A stretch of 64,000 nucleotides of DNA from Acidobacteriota bacterium (GCA_040768985.1 JAXGLX010000002.1:1856637-1920636), one strand, 5' to 3'; shown: positions 7,206 to 18,065, numbered from the stretch's first letter. The notes: generated by a model not told the origin, from the letters alone. Program-made: numbers and translations.

Positions 7206-9461
7206 ATGCGCCAGATTCTGACTGTGTGCCTGATTCTCGCCGGCCTGCTGCTCTCGGCGCCGGCCGCGCCGCAGGGGGCCGAACCGGCCGCCCCGCCGCT
7301 GACCATCGACGAGGTGCTGAGCCCGGCGCACCGGACGGCGTTCCGGCTGCCGTCCTACTACTGGCTCCCCGGCGATCAGATCCTGCTGTTCGATTCCGGG
7401 AAGCCGGGCGCCGAACGCGGCCTGGAGCGCTACGACCCGGCCACCGGCGCGCGCACCCCGCTGCTGGCGGATCCGGCCGCGGCGCTGAAGGGGCTCAACG
7501 AGCTGCTGACCGCCGGCGGAGGGACGGCCGAGGAGCACCTGGGCGAGCCCCTGGAGCTGGACGCCGCCGGGAAGCGGGCCCTGCACCTGATCGCCGACGA
7601 CGTCTTTCTGCAGGACCTGGCCACCGGGGCTTTCCGGCGGATCACGCGCACGCCCGCCGCAGAGGCCGAGCCGCATTTCTCGCCCGACGGCCGGTGGGTG
7701 GCGTACCACCGGGAACACAACCTGTACGTCACCCGGCTCGCTGACGGCAAAGAGCACGCCCTCACCCGCGACGGCCGCGACACCCTGCTCAACGGCACCC
7801 TGTCCTGGGTGTACTGGGAGGAGATCTTCGGCCGGGAGGACCTGGGCTACTGGTGGTCGCCCGACTCCACGGCCATGGTGTACCTCAAGTCGGACGAGTC
7901 GCAGGTGCCGGTCTCCTACTTCCCCGACTACGAGCCGGCCACGCCGGCGGTGCACCGCCAGCGCTACCCCAAAGCGGGCGAGACGAACCCGTCCGTGTCG
8001 GTCTGGCTCGCCGAGGTGCCCGGCGGCAAGGCCCGCCGCGTCGCGTTCGCCGATCCCGAAATCGAGTACGTCGTGCGGGTGCACTGGCTCCCCCACGGCC
8101 GCAGCGTCGCCGTCCAGACCATGAACCGGGCCCAGAACCGCCTGAAGGTCTGGCTGGTGGACCGCCGCCGCGCGACCGCCCGCGTGATCCTCACCGAGGA
8201 GAGCCCCACGGTGGTGAGCATCCACGACGACCTGGCCTTCACCGCCGACGGCGCCCGCTTCGTCTGGGCCTCGGAGCGGGACGGCCGCAACCGGCTGTAC
8301 CTCTATGAGGTCAGCGGGAAGCTGGTCCGCGCGCTCACCCCCGCGAACCTGCTGGTGCGCGCCTCCAGCGGCGTGGCCTGGGTGCGGGGGGGCCTCTGCG
8401 CCCTGGACGAGGCCGGCGGCTGGGTCTACTACACCGCCACCGACGGCGCGCCCATCGCCCCGGCGCTCTACCGCTCGCCGCTGGCCGGTGGTGTCGCCGA
8501 GCGGCTGACCCGGGAGCCGGGCAGCCACCGGGTGGGCTTCAGCCCGTCGATGCAGTACTTCTTCGACGAGCATTCGTCCATGAGCCGGCCGCCGGGGCTG
8601 ACCCTGCGCCGGGCCGACGGCGAGGCGGTGCGCGTCGTGGCGGCGCCGGCCGTGGACCACGCCGCGAAACTGGGGCTGCTGTATCCCGAATTCCTCACCA
8701 TTCCGGCCGAGGACGGCTTCGCGCTGCCCGCGCAGATCCTCAAGCCGGCGGCGCTGGAGCCGGGCCGCCGCTATCCCGTGATCCTCTACGTCTACGGCGG
8801 GCCCAACGCCCCGGTGGTGGGCGACCGCTGGGGCCGCGACCTGCTCATGAACAATCTGCTGGTGCAGCGCGGCTACATCTGGATGGCCGTGGACAACCGC
8901 AGCGCCTCCGGCCTGGGCAAGGCGCTTGAGGACACCGTCCACCACAAGCTCATGAGCGGCGGCGAGGTGGCCGACATCGTGGCCGCCGTGCGCTGGATCA
9001 AGCGCCAGCCGTGGGCGGACCCGGACCGCGTGGGCGTGTGGGGCTGGAGCGGCGGCGGCACGTTCACCGTCCAGCTCATGAGCCAGAGCCGGGAGTTCCG
9101 CGCCGGCATCGCCGTGGCGGGCGTGTACGACTTCCGCTACTACGACTCCGTCTGGGCGGAGCACCTCCTGGGCCTGCCCAAGGACAATCCCGAAGGCTAC
9201 AAGGCCGGCGCGCCGGCCACCTGGGCCAAGAACCTGCACGGCCGGCTGTTCCTCGTCCACGGCCTGGCCGACGACAACGTCCATCCCCAGAACGCCTGGC
9301 GGCTGACCGACGAGCTCATCGCGGCGAAGATCCCGTTCGACCTGATGGTCTATCCGCGGCAGGGCCACGGCATCCGCGCCCCGGCCAGCTACCGGCACCT
9401 GATGACGGCGATGCTGGATTTCTGGAAGAGATGGTTGAAGGGAGAGAACGGTGAACAGTGA
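7206..9461 (+). CDS. S9B dipeptidyl peptidase IV-like protein, secreted
   Basis: Signal peptide after GAGGAG RBS; WVYWEEI, GWSGGG nucleophile, DDNVH, GHG. Confidence 0.92.
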   Translation: MRQILTVCLILAGLLLSAPAAPQGAEPAAPPLTIDEVLSPAHRTAFRLPSYYWLPGDQILLFDSGKPGAERGLERYDPATGARTPLLADPAAALKGLNELLTAGGGTAEEHLGEPLELDAAGKRALHLIADDVFLQDLATGAFRRITRTPAAEAEPHFSPDGRWVAYHREHNLYVTRLADGKEHALTRDGRDTLLNGTLSWVYWEEIFGREDLGYWWSPDSTAMVYLKSDESQVPVSYFPDYEPATPAVHRQRYPKAGETNPSVSVWLAEVPGGKARRVAFADPEIEYVVRVHWLPHGRSVAVQTMNRAQNRLKVWLVDRRRATARVILTEESPTVVSIHDDLAFTADGARFVWASERDGRNRLYLYEVSGKLVRALTPANLLVRASSGVAWVRGGLCALDEAGGWVYYTATDGAPIAPALYRSPLAGGVAERLTREPGSHRVGFSPSMQYFFDEHSSMSRPPGLTLRRADGEAVRVVAAPAVDHAAKLGLLYPEFLTIPAEDGFALPAQILKPAALEPGRRYPVILYVYGGPNAPVVGDRWGRDLLMNNLLVQRGYIWMAVDNRSASGLGKALEDTVHHKLMSGGEVADIVAAVRWIKRQPWADPDRVGVWGWSGGGTFTVQLMSQSREFRAGIAVAGVYDFRYYDSVWAEHLLGLPKDNPEGYKAGAPATWAKNLHGRLFLVHGLADDNVHPQNAWRLTDELIAAKIPFDLMVYPRQGHGIRAPASYRHLMTAMLDFWKRWLKGENGEQ

Positions 9462-11041
9462 AGAGTGAGGAGACAGGATACAGGAGATAGGAGTTTAATG
9501 TATGTTATAGTGTTAAACTTAAGACAGGACTGTGTTCTACTATTTTGTGTGGTTGATTTGCAATTTCGACAGTTTGTATTTTTGACTATGATAAGTTGTA
9601 CTCGATTTAAACACTATTTTTTTTGAATCCGACGACACAGGAGGAATATTTGATGACTAAAATTCTTAGAGTTTTTCCATATTATCTAATTTTCAGTTTT
9701 TTTATTTCTTTCAACTTCTCTCAACAGAATCCTCCCGATCCATATTCATATTATTATCCTGATTCTCTTGGTAATGGTTCATCTGATGGAATAATACAGT
9801 CTCCTGGAAAGGGTTGGGCCGCTTATGTTTCTTGGCAGCCAGATATATTTAGAAGTTACGATGATCTTGAATCAAAATTTGAAACTTTAATTTCTGGCGG
9901 TTGCAATGTATTATACTTAAGGCCTACATGGAAAGAATTCACCAATGATTATGCCCAACTTTGCATTTTCATGCAAAATATTCAAGATTTCAACTCCGGA
10001 AAGAATTTATGGGAAGATAAAATCAAAGTAATTATACGAGTAATGGTCACAAATACTTGCAATGAAGATAATTCTGACTACCCATACTATATTAGCCCTG
10101 ATTCTTTATGGCAGCTTTGCTATAACTCGAGCCCCTGTACTTCCCATACATATTATTTTTGTGGACAAGAAAACGACTATCAGATAAGAGAGCTAAAATA
10201 CACATCTAGTACTGCCAGAGTAGTTTTTCTTGATTATCTATCAAATATCTCAAATTTTCTCGAAGAAAACGGACAAAATGTAATCGCAATTGATTCTGGG
10301 TTCATGGGGGATTGGGGTGAAAACCATTTGCTGATGTATGTGTTCTATGGAAATAATGATTGGAATTCTTTTCTAAGTGCATATTCACTTTGGTTTTCAG
10401 ATTTAATTTGTGCAGTAAATCAATATAATGTAATCGTATTTTCTTGTGCCAACAATCACTGGTACTTTCTGTCTCCTTCAATAGCAAATGATATGTTTTC
10501 GTTAATGAAATCAAAAGGCTTTACATTTCGTAGGGACAGCCCTCCTGAGGTTGATCCCATTGAATTTAACTCGATGTTTACAAATTTCGTTCTCTCCTCA
10601 AGTCCTTCGATGATTGAATGGGATCAAAATGATGGACTATTAAATGATTTCACGTTAAGATATCCAAATTTTTCGCAATTGCAAATGGTACATCATGATA
10701 TAGATGGGTGGGGTTTGGAACCAGCTATTTCTTCTCTTACAGATCCCGACTATTTATTATTTATGAATAAATTGGGATATCGTCTTAGAATCAATCATGT
10801 ACGCTACGTTGTAAAACAAAATTTGTTTATCAATATTAGTAATATAGGCTATGGATTTTGCGTTAATGATATTCGCTTGCTCTTGAAGGTAAAACAGATC
10901 TCGACACAAAATTTCATTGTCTTAAAAACATCAACTGTAACCTCTTCTACAATAAGAACATTGCGCCGCGGAGGAGTTGATTGTCTTGATGTTGGTTTTG
11001 CCTGGCCAACGCGTCCAGTTGGAACTGAACCAGATTTTTAT

Positions 11042-12457
11042 GGCTCTTCGCTTTTTAGTGTGGGTAACGCTATACAAGTCCTGCACTCCTGGTTACGATA
11101 GAGCGGCAAGATGGGCTGTGGAAATATGGAAATCCCTGCGCGGACTCCGGGATTCCCACAATTCCACAGCCCCGGCTACGATTACCCCGCTAACCCAGAA
11201 ACCACGTAGGGAACCATCATGCGAGACACGGATTTGTTTCAACTGGCGCTCGGGCTGCTGCCGCCCTGGCTGGTGAAGGACTGCCAGTTCAGCGTGAGCG
11301 AGCAGCGGCTGGACCTGTATATCGACTTCGCCAAGGGCGGGAGCTTCACCTGTGCGGACTGCGGGCAGGCAGGCTGCCCGGCGTACGACACCGAGGAGCG
11401 GACCTGGCGGCATCTGAACTTCTTCCAGCATGAGACGTACCTGCATGCCCGGGTGCCGCGGGCGGAGTGCCCCCAGTGCGGGGTGAAGACGGTGGCGGTG
11501 CCGTGGGCGCGGCCGGGCAGCGGCTTCACGCTGTTGTTCGAAGCGCTGGTGATGACGCTGGTGCGGCAGATGCCGGTGCGGGCGGCCAGCCGGATCGTGG
11601 GCGAGCACGACACGCGGCTGTGGCGGATCGTCCACCACTACGTGGGCGCGGCGCGGGCGCAAGCCGACCTGTCCGGAGTGCGCCGGGTGGGCATCGACGA
11701 GACGGCCAGCCGGCGGGGTCACCACTACATCAGCGTGTTCGTGGATCTGGACCGGGCGAAAGTGGTGCATGTGGCGCCCGGCAAAGATGGCGACACGGTG
11801 GCGAGCTTCGCCGAGGATCTGACCGCCCATGGCGGAGCGGCGTCCCAAGTGGCGGAAGTCTGCATCGACATGTCGCCGGCCTTTCAGGCGGGGGTGCGGG
11901 AGCATCTGCCCGCGGCCCGGATCACCTTCGACAAATTTCACGTGACCCGGCTGCTCAACCAGGCGGTGGACCAGGTCCGGCGGGCGGAGCAGGGCCAGCG
12001 GGCGGAACTGAAGCGGACGCGCTACCTGTGGTTGAAAAACCGGCGGCACCTGACCGTTGGGCAACGGGCCCGGCTGGCCGACCTGGAGGACCGACGGTTG
12101 AACCTGAAAACGGCGCGGGCGTTGCGGCTCCGGGAAAGTTTCCAGGACTTCTACGACCAGCCGCCCGAATGGGCCGGCGCGTACCTGAAGCGGTGGTATT
12201 TCTGGGCCACCCACAGCCGGCTGGCGCCGCTCATTGACGTGGCGCGGACGATTCGGGAGCACCAGGACGGCATCCTGCGCTGGTTTCAAACGCGGGTGAC
12301 GAACGGCTTGCTGGAAGGTATCAACAGCCTGATCCAGGCGGCCAAGGCCAAGGCGCGAGGCTATCGCACCCTGAACAATCTCATGGTCATGGTCTATCTG
12401 GTGGCGGGTAAAATGGACTTTGAAACCTGAGTTAGCCATAGTAATCAGCGAGGAGGC
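11042..12457 (+). mobile_element. ISL3-family insertion sequence
   Basis: Imperfect IRs GGCTCTTCGC / GCGAGGAGGC; 8-bp TSD ATTTTTAT at 11034-11041 and 12458-12465. Confidence 0.92.
11219..12430 (+). CDS. ISL3-family transposase
   Basis: Zn finger CADC..CPQC, VPWA, GIDET, IDMS, FDKFHV, TNGLLEGINS, ARGYR. Confidence 0.95.
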   Translation: MRDTDLFQLALGLLPPWLVKDCQFSVSEQRLDLYIDFAKGGSFTCADCGQAGCPAYDTEERTWRHLNFFQHETYLHARVPRAECPQCGVKTVAVPWARPGSGFTLLFEALVMTLVRQMPVRAASRIVGEHDTRLWRIVHHYVGAARAQADLSGVRRVGIDETASRRGHHYISVFVDLDRAKVVHVAPGKDGDTVASFAEDLTAHGGAASQVAEVCIDMSPAFQAGVREHLPAARITFDKFHVTRLLNQAVDQVRRAEQGQRAELKRTRYLWLKNRRHLTVGQRARLADLEDRRLNLKTARALRLRESFQDFYDQPPEWAGAYLKRWYFWATHSRLAPLIDVARTIREHQDGILRWFQTRVTNGLLEGINSLIQAAKAKARGYRTLNNLMVMVYLVAGKMDFET

Positions 12458-12831
12458 ATTTTTATATTTCGCTTCAGGTTAAGGACAAAAAAACTGGAAC
12501 TTGGGTAGATGTTCCTTGGTCTAATAATAACAATGGTGAAACTTTACCTTCCAAAAATTTAAAGCTCATTTTGTAAGAATATTTGAAAACTAGAAATAAT
12601 TTGGTTTTCAATCATCTGACCAAATTCATCCGAATGCTTGCATTCTCGTCTAAATGTTTATAAAGCAACTTACCTGAATCAAGCTTTGTTCGATGCGTTT
12701 CGTGTACGTCTGCCGATTGGTGGGTAGGCAAAAAATTATCATAGATTTTCCGAGACCCCATTAACATCTCGCATTACGATCATTGTATTTCAAATAGAAG
12801 GGGGTTTGTGGTTAGAGAACATTTTTCAAAT

Positions 12832-14178
12832 TTAAGGATTTTTCATCGCAATGACAAAAAATTCCTCTCCAAGTCCGAGTTTTTGTGCAACCGTTGGCCA
12901 TAGATGTTTGGCATCTTTATCGGAGGAGAAAAAATTGTTGGTTTTTAAATACTTCACATCTAGTTTGGCTTTTTTCAACATATCGAGTAGTTCACTCTTT
13001 GAAAATTCGGTATGATAAAAAAATTTTCCATCAATTTCTTGGTGTATATCTCGTCTTGGTAACCTTTCAGAATTAAATTGCCCCATAAATATTCGATAAA
13101 ACATAACGGGATTTTTAATCATCTTAAAATGTGCCCGATTATTTGTTGTTAAGATTGCTCTGCCCCCTGGACGAAGGACGCGATATATTTCCATCAACCC
13201 AGCTATAGGATCATGAAGATGCTCAAGTACGTCTGTGAAGACAACATAATCAAAAGAATCTGTTGCCAAAGGAATACGCATTGCATTCGCAAGGATGGCA
13301 TCACTGTTGAATAACTTTCGAAAGGCGAGGACGTTGAAATCTTGTGTATCTAACCCGATTAATTGGCAACCATGTTCTTCAAAGAACCTATTAACCTCTT
13401 GATGTGTTATTCCTCCACATCCAAGGCACAGGATACTTTTTCCCTCAAGAGTCATCGACCTCATTTTTTTAAATATTTTATGTAAATATTTCGCCTTTCT
13501 CGATACAAATTTCCGCTGTTCAGTTTCCATTTGCCACGTTTCTTTTTCATCGTTTTCTACATCAAGTTTTAAATCGCGATTCCAACTTTCAAGAAGATTA
13601 AATCCTCCTCCGAAGTGTCTTCTTTCGGAGAGTAATCCGCGTTCACAAAGGTCAGCCAAACGAGACGCATGTGTTCTAAAGTAATTTTCCTTACATATAT
13701 AAAAGTGGTTCGCTGATGCAATCCACGCTCTAAAATACCCCATAATCATGAAGATAACTATACTCGCCAGTGCTATTGTAAAGATGAGAGATGAAAACAA
13801 ATTCAGTTTGAAAAAGAGTACAAATAAAGTGGCAAGTACCAGCGACGAGAGCAGAACGAATCGTTTCTGATTATCACGATAAGTGCGAATTTTATATTTT
13901 AAACTCTCTTCAAAAGCGTCATGTTTTAGAATTCGCCAATTGTTCAAAGTTTTAAAATTTAGCACATTATCTTTGTAATCATGATTCCATAATCGCACAC
14001 AAACGTCATCTTCCAACCAAAGTACGGGTATTTCTTGAAAAATTTTATATTCCAAATGACAAACGGCACATTCCAAGTTAGATCGTTTTTTATTATTGCC
14101 GTCTTCTGCACCATCCTGTTTTACAATTATCATTCCAAGGCAAATCGGACATCTCAATTTAAAAACAAATTCTATCAT
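12832..14178 (-). CDS. Membrane-anchored class I SAM methyltransferase with N-terminal Trm112-like Zn ribbon (low GC)
   Basis: CPIC..CAVC..IPVL; two TM helices; LCLGCGG, FDYVVFTDVLEH, RVLRPGG. Confidence 0.8.
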   Translation of the reverse strand: MIEFVFKLRCPICLGMIIVKQDGAEDGNNKKRSNLECAVCHLEYKIFQEIPVLWLEDDVCVRLWNHDYKDNVLNFKTLNNWRILKHDAFEESLKYKIRTYRDNQKRFVLLSSLVLATLFVLFFKLNLFSSLIFTIALASIVIFMIMGYFRAWIASANHFYICKENYFRTHASRLADLCERGLLSERRHFGGGFNLLESWNRDLKLDVENDEKETWQMETEQRKFVSRKAKYLHKIFKKMRSMTLEGKSILCLGCGGITHQEVNRFFEEHGCQLIGLDTQDFNVLAFRKLFNSDAILANAMRIPLATDSFDYVVFTDVLEHLHDPIAGLMEIYRVLRPGGRAILTTNNRAHFKMIKNPVMFYRIFMGQFNSERLPRRDIHQEIDGKFFYHTEFSKSELLDMLKKAKLDVKYLKTNNFFSSDKDAKHLWPTVAQKLGLGEEFFVIAMKNP

Positions 14179-14479
14179 TTAGGTATTACTCCGTGAACAA
14201 TTTGATAAATCAAAGTATAAGTTTAGTATATCTTTCAAGCAAGTAATCGCTAATTTTTAGTGGTTTTGTTCAAAACTTCAACCTCTCTTAATACTACTTT
14301 CTTTACATTAAAAAATCAATTTTTCTGTTGATTTGTTGGTTAGACTCACACACTGATAGAATATAGTACATCACGAACAATGCAATCTCACGATGATTCT
14401 CACATAGAGATTGCGCAGTTCGTCCTGGAATGCAACTCGTTTATACCCGATCACGCAAGTTGCATTTCCCGCCCATCCT

Positions 14480-14762
14480 CCGTAATTCGTAATCGTGATC
14501 GTAATTCGTGCTCGAGGCTTGGGACTCGGGGCTCGAGGCTCGTTTCCAAGCTGCGGACATCGCGGTTCGGGGTTCGGGGTTCGGGGTTCGCGGTTCGGGG
14601 TTCGGGGTTCGCGGTTCGCGGTTCGCGGCTCGGGGCTCGGGGTTCGCGGCTCGGGGCTCGGGCTCGGGGTTCGCGGCTCGGGGTTTTCCGTTCAGCTAAC
14701 GACTTCCGTCTCCCGCCTCCCGATTCACCCATTCACCCATTCACCCATTCACCCATTCACCG
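14480..14762. repeat. Modular repeat array (inverse block order of ~1660-1884)
   Basis: (CGTRAT)n, (GCTCGAG)n, GGACATCG, (GGTTCGS)n, linker TTTTCCGTTCAGCTAACG, (TCTCCCG)n, (ATTCACCC)n. Confidence 0.9.
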
Positions 14763-14768
14763 GCCGAC

Positions 14769-15347
14769 TCAGCGGCGGGGGAAGCGAGGCTGCCGACGGT
14801 CAGGTCCAGTGCCCCTGGCCCGGTGCGCCGGCGCGGCCTCACGCAGCCGGGAGGACCACTGCCACAGTCCGTTGATGGCGGCCGGCGGGAGGCGGTGGCC
14901 CAGCGCCCGGGCCGCGACGACGAGCTGCCCCCGGTGGTGCGACTCGTGGGACAGGGCGTAGCCGCAGAAGAGGACCGCGTCGCGGGGCATGGCGCCGTAG
15001 ATGAACGGGCTCTTCACGCCGGGAAACGGGCCGCCGTTTGCCAGCCCCGCGTGCAGCAGGCGCTCCACGGCATCGGCGCTCAGGGCCAGGGCCGCGAGGA
15101 CATCGGCCGGCGCGGCCGCGGCGCGGTTCACTTGGCAGGGAACGGCGATCCCGGACGCCGTCGCGAGACTGTTCAGCCAGAGGCAGCGGCAGTTGTGGGG
15201 GTGGGCGGCGATGCTCCGCACGGTGCGGCGGGGCGCGCCGGGCAATCCCAGCGGCCAGAGGTCCGCGGGGAGTTGCTCCACAAGGAACGCGGTGACCCGG
15301 CTGTTGATGCGCCACGCATTCAGGATGGATTCGTGAAGCGCGTTCAT
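14769..15347 (-). CDS. DinB family protein
   Basis: AHxHNCR and HESHHRGQ metal-binding motifs. Confidence 0.85.
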   Translation of the reverse strand: MNALHESILNAWRINSRVTAFLVEQLPADLWPLGLPGAPRRTVRSIAAHPHNCRCLWLNSLATASGIAVPCQVNRAAAAPADVLAALALSADAVERLLHAGLANGGPFPGVKSPFIYGAMPRDAVLFCGYALSHESHHRGQLVVAARALGHRLPPAAINGLWQWSSRLREAAPAHRARGTGPDRRQPRFPRR

Positions 15348-15453
15348 GCGTTGCTTCCACCTCCAGCTACTGACGGGGTGGCGTCAGGCGCCTCCGGCAT
15401 CTGCGGCCGGGCGCGCGGCGCCGCCAACGGAATGGCTGTGATCGGCCGCGGCG

Positions 15454-15915
15454 TCACGGACCGGCGCGGCGCTCCAGTTGCCAGAGGCCGTGTTCCACGC
15501 CGCCCTGGATGTAGATGGCGAACGTGCCGTGGCCCGGGATCGCCAGCGGCGGATGGGCGATGACGGCGCCGGCGGATGCCGCCGCGGCGACCGCCGCCTC
15601 GATGTCGTCCACGAGCCAGTAGGGCCGCACGATCGGCGTTTCCGACTCGCGCAAAGGCGCCCGGACGCCCACCAGGCCGCCGTCCGGCAGGGCCGCCGTC
15701 CGCGCCTGGCCGAGACCGGGATCGGGCTCGCCGAACCGCAGCCCGTTGGCCGCGGCGTACGCGGCGCATACCGCGTCCACCTCCGGGGTCACGATTTCCA
15801 GGTAATGGATCCGCATGGTCTGTTCTCCTTGATGGACCTGCCGGTCCGGATCCGTCCGGCCCGGCGTGCAGCCCAGGACGGCTGCAGCAACAACGGCGGC
15901 GAGCATCCAGCGCAT
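15454..15915 (-). CDS. VOC/glyoxalase family protein (alternative start 15816)
   Basis: IHYLEI, YWLVDDIEAAV, IPGHGTFA, HGLWQ; two in-frame ATGs each with an AAGGAG RBS. Confidence 0.8.
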   Translation of the reverse strand: MRWMLAAVVAAAVLGCTPGRTDPDRQVHQGEQTMRIHYLEIVTPEVDAVCAAYAAANGLRFGEPDPGLGQARTAALPDGGLVGVRAPLRESETPIVRPYWLVDDIEAAVAAAASAGAVIAHPPLAIPGHGTFAIYIQGGVEHGLWQLERRAGP

Positions 15916-16188
15916 GATTCGGCCTCCTTGAAAAACGCAAGACTGCGGCCTGCTCGGCATCGGCGTCAGCAGCGGCCTGACATCAGCATGCCGGGGCGCG
16001 CCGCTAATGATCTGCGTCGTTCAATTGTAGGGCTTCCCTACCGCCGGATCAAGTTCCGAGCATCGGTATCCGCCGGCTGCGCCGGGCGGATGGACGGGGC
16101 CGCATCGCCGCGCCGGCGAATTGCATTTGGGATTGGGCGGACTTTCGGATGATAATACCGTATGCGAATTCCATGACGAGGTGCCGCG

Positions 16189-18057
16189 ATGTCTGAGCGT
16201 CGTTTGAACCGGCGGATTCATTGTCTGGCGGGTGTCCTCGCCGTCGCTGTGGCGCTGGCGGCGGTGGGGCTTTGGATCGCGGCGCCGCGAAGCGCCCACG
16301 CGGCCGAAGCCGCGCCTTCCGTCGGCTTCCGCTTCGAGGGCGCGCAATTCATACTGGACGGCAAGCCGTTCCAGATCCGGGCGGGCGAACTGCACTTCCA
16401 GCGCATCCCCCGGGAGTACTGGCGCGACCGGCTGCTGAAAGCCCGGGCGATGGGCCTCAATACCGTGGGCGCCTATGTCTTCTGGAACGCGCTGGAGCCG
16501 GAGCCGGGCCAGTGGGACTTCACGGGGCCGAACGACGTCGCCGCGTTCGTCCGGGAGGCCGGCGCGGCCGGGTTGCGCGTGCTGCTCCGGCCCGGGCCGT
16601 ACGCATGCGCCGAGTGGGATTTCGGCGGCCTGCCGGCGTGGCTGCTCCGCGTCCCCGACATCCGGGTGCGCTGCTCGGCTCCGCTCTACCTCGAGGCGTG
16701 CGAGCGTTACATCACCCGTCTGGCCGGCGAGGTGCGCGACCTGCAGGCCAGCCGCGGCGGGCCGATTCTCATGGTCCAGCTCGAAAACGAATACGGCTCC
16801 TTCGGCAACGACGCCGCCTACCTGCCGTGGCTACGCGACGCCTGGCGCCGCGCCGGCATCGACGTCCCGTTCTACACCGCCGACGGACCCTGGCCCGCCA
16901 TGCTGGCAGCGGGCACCGTCCCCGGCGCGGCCATCGGACTGGACCCGGCCCACACCGCCGAGCATTTCGCCGCGGCCGAGCGGCTGGGGCGCGGCGTGCC
17001 CGTCTTATGCAGCGAGCTCTACCCCGGCTGGCTCACCCACTGGGGCGAACCGTGGGCCCGCGCGGCCACCGAGAAGATCGCCACCCAGCTCCAGTGGCTG
17101 CTTGAAAACGGCAAGTCGTTCAGTCTCTACATGCTCCATGGCGGCACCAACTTCGGCTTCTGGGCCGGCGCGAACTACTCGGACAAGTACGAGCCCGACG
17201 TCACGAGCTACGACTACGACGCGCCGCTGGACGAGCGGGGCCGGCCCACCCCGAAGTACCACGCCCTGCGCGAGCTGATCCGGAAGCATCTGCCGCCGGG
17301 CGAGACGCTCCCCGAGTTGCCGCCGCCCCTGCCGGCGATCGCGATCCCCGAGCTCCGCCTGGCCGAGGAGGCCTCGCTCTGGACGAACCTGCCGGCGGCG
17401 GAGCGCGCGCTCATGCCGGCGCCCATGGAGTTCTTCTACCAGAACCACGGTTTCATCCTGTACCGGAGCCGGGTGCCGGCGCATGCCAGCGGTCGGCTCA
17501 CTATCACGGAGCTTCACGACTACGCCAATGTCTATCTAGACGGCGCGCTGGCGGCCAGCCTCTTCCGCGGGCTGCACCAGGATTCAATCGATGTCCCCGC
17601 GGTCGATCCGCCCCAGCGGCTGGACATTCTCGTGGAGGGCATGGGCCGGATCAACTACGGGCCGCGCCTCGTCGACCGGAAGGGGATCACCGAGCGGGTG
17701 ACCCTTGGCGGCATGACCGTCATGGATTGGGAAGTCTTCCCCCTCCCCTTCGACGCGGCGTACCTGGCGGCGCTCCGCTTCGGACCGCCTGACCCGGCCG
17801 CCCCGCCGGGCAAATTCTTCCGCGGCGCGTTCAGTTTGGACGCCGTCGGCGACACATATCTCGACATGAGCGGCTGGTCGAAGGGCGTGGTCTGGGTCAA
17901 CGGCCACAACCTGGGCCGGTACTGGAACATCGGCCCCCAGCAGCGGCTGTTCCTGCCGGCGCCGTTCATGAAGCGGGGCGCCAACGAGGTCGTCGTCTTC
18001 GAGTTGCACCGCACCGCCCCCTCGCCTATCCGCGGCATCCCCGACCTCGGGGAGTAG
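16189..18057 (+). CDS. GH35 beta-galactosidase
   Basis: GELHFQR, RPGPYACAEW, QLENEYG, SELYPGW, TSYDYDAP, NLGRYW. Confidence 0.95.
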   Translation: MSERRLNRRIHCLAGVLAVAVALAAVGLWIAAPRSAHAAEAAPSVGFRFEGAQFILDGKPFQIRAGELHFQRIPREYWRDRLLKARAMGLNTVGAYVFWNALEPEPGQWDFTGPNDVAAFVREAGAAGLRVLLRPGPYACAEWDFGGLPAWLLRVPDIRVRCSAPLYLEACERYITRLAGEVRDLQASRGGPILMVQLENEYGSFGNDAAYLPWLRDAWRRAGIDVPFYTADGPWPAMLAAGTVPGAAIGLDPAHTAEHFAAAERLGRGVPVLCSELYPGWLTHWGEPWARAATEKIATQLQWLLENGKSFSLYMLHGGTNFGFWAGANYSDKYEPDVTSYDYDAPLDERGRPTPKYHALRELIRKHLPPGETLPELPPPLPAIAIPELRLAEEASLWTNLPAAERALMPAPMEFFYQNHGFILYRSRVPAHASGRLTITELHDYANVYLDGALAASLFRGLHQDSIDVPAVDPPQRLDILVEGMGRINYGPRLVDRKGITERVTLGGMTVMDWEVFPLPFDAAYLAALRFGPPDPAAPPGKFFRGAFSLDAVGDTYLDMSGWSKGVVWVNGHNLGRYWNIGPQQRLFLPAPFMKRGANEVVVFELHRTAPSPIRGIPDLGE

Positions 18058-18065
18058 GCGGCCGA

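Larger units (their letters stand above)
9653..12576 (+). pseudogene. Low-GC DUF4832-type glycoside-hydrolase-like gene interrupted by ISL3
   Basis: Motifs GFMGDWGENH and KLGYRL. Removing the IS and one TSD copy restores the frame ...PDFY-ISLQVKDKKTGTWVDVPW...LIL* with stop ending at 12576. Confidence 0.75.
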
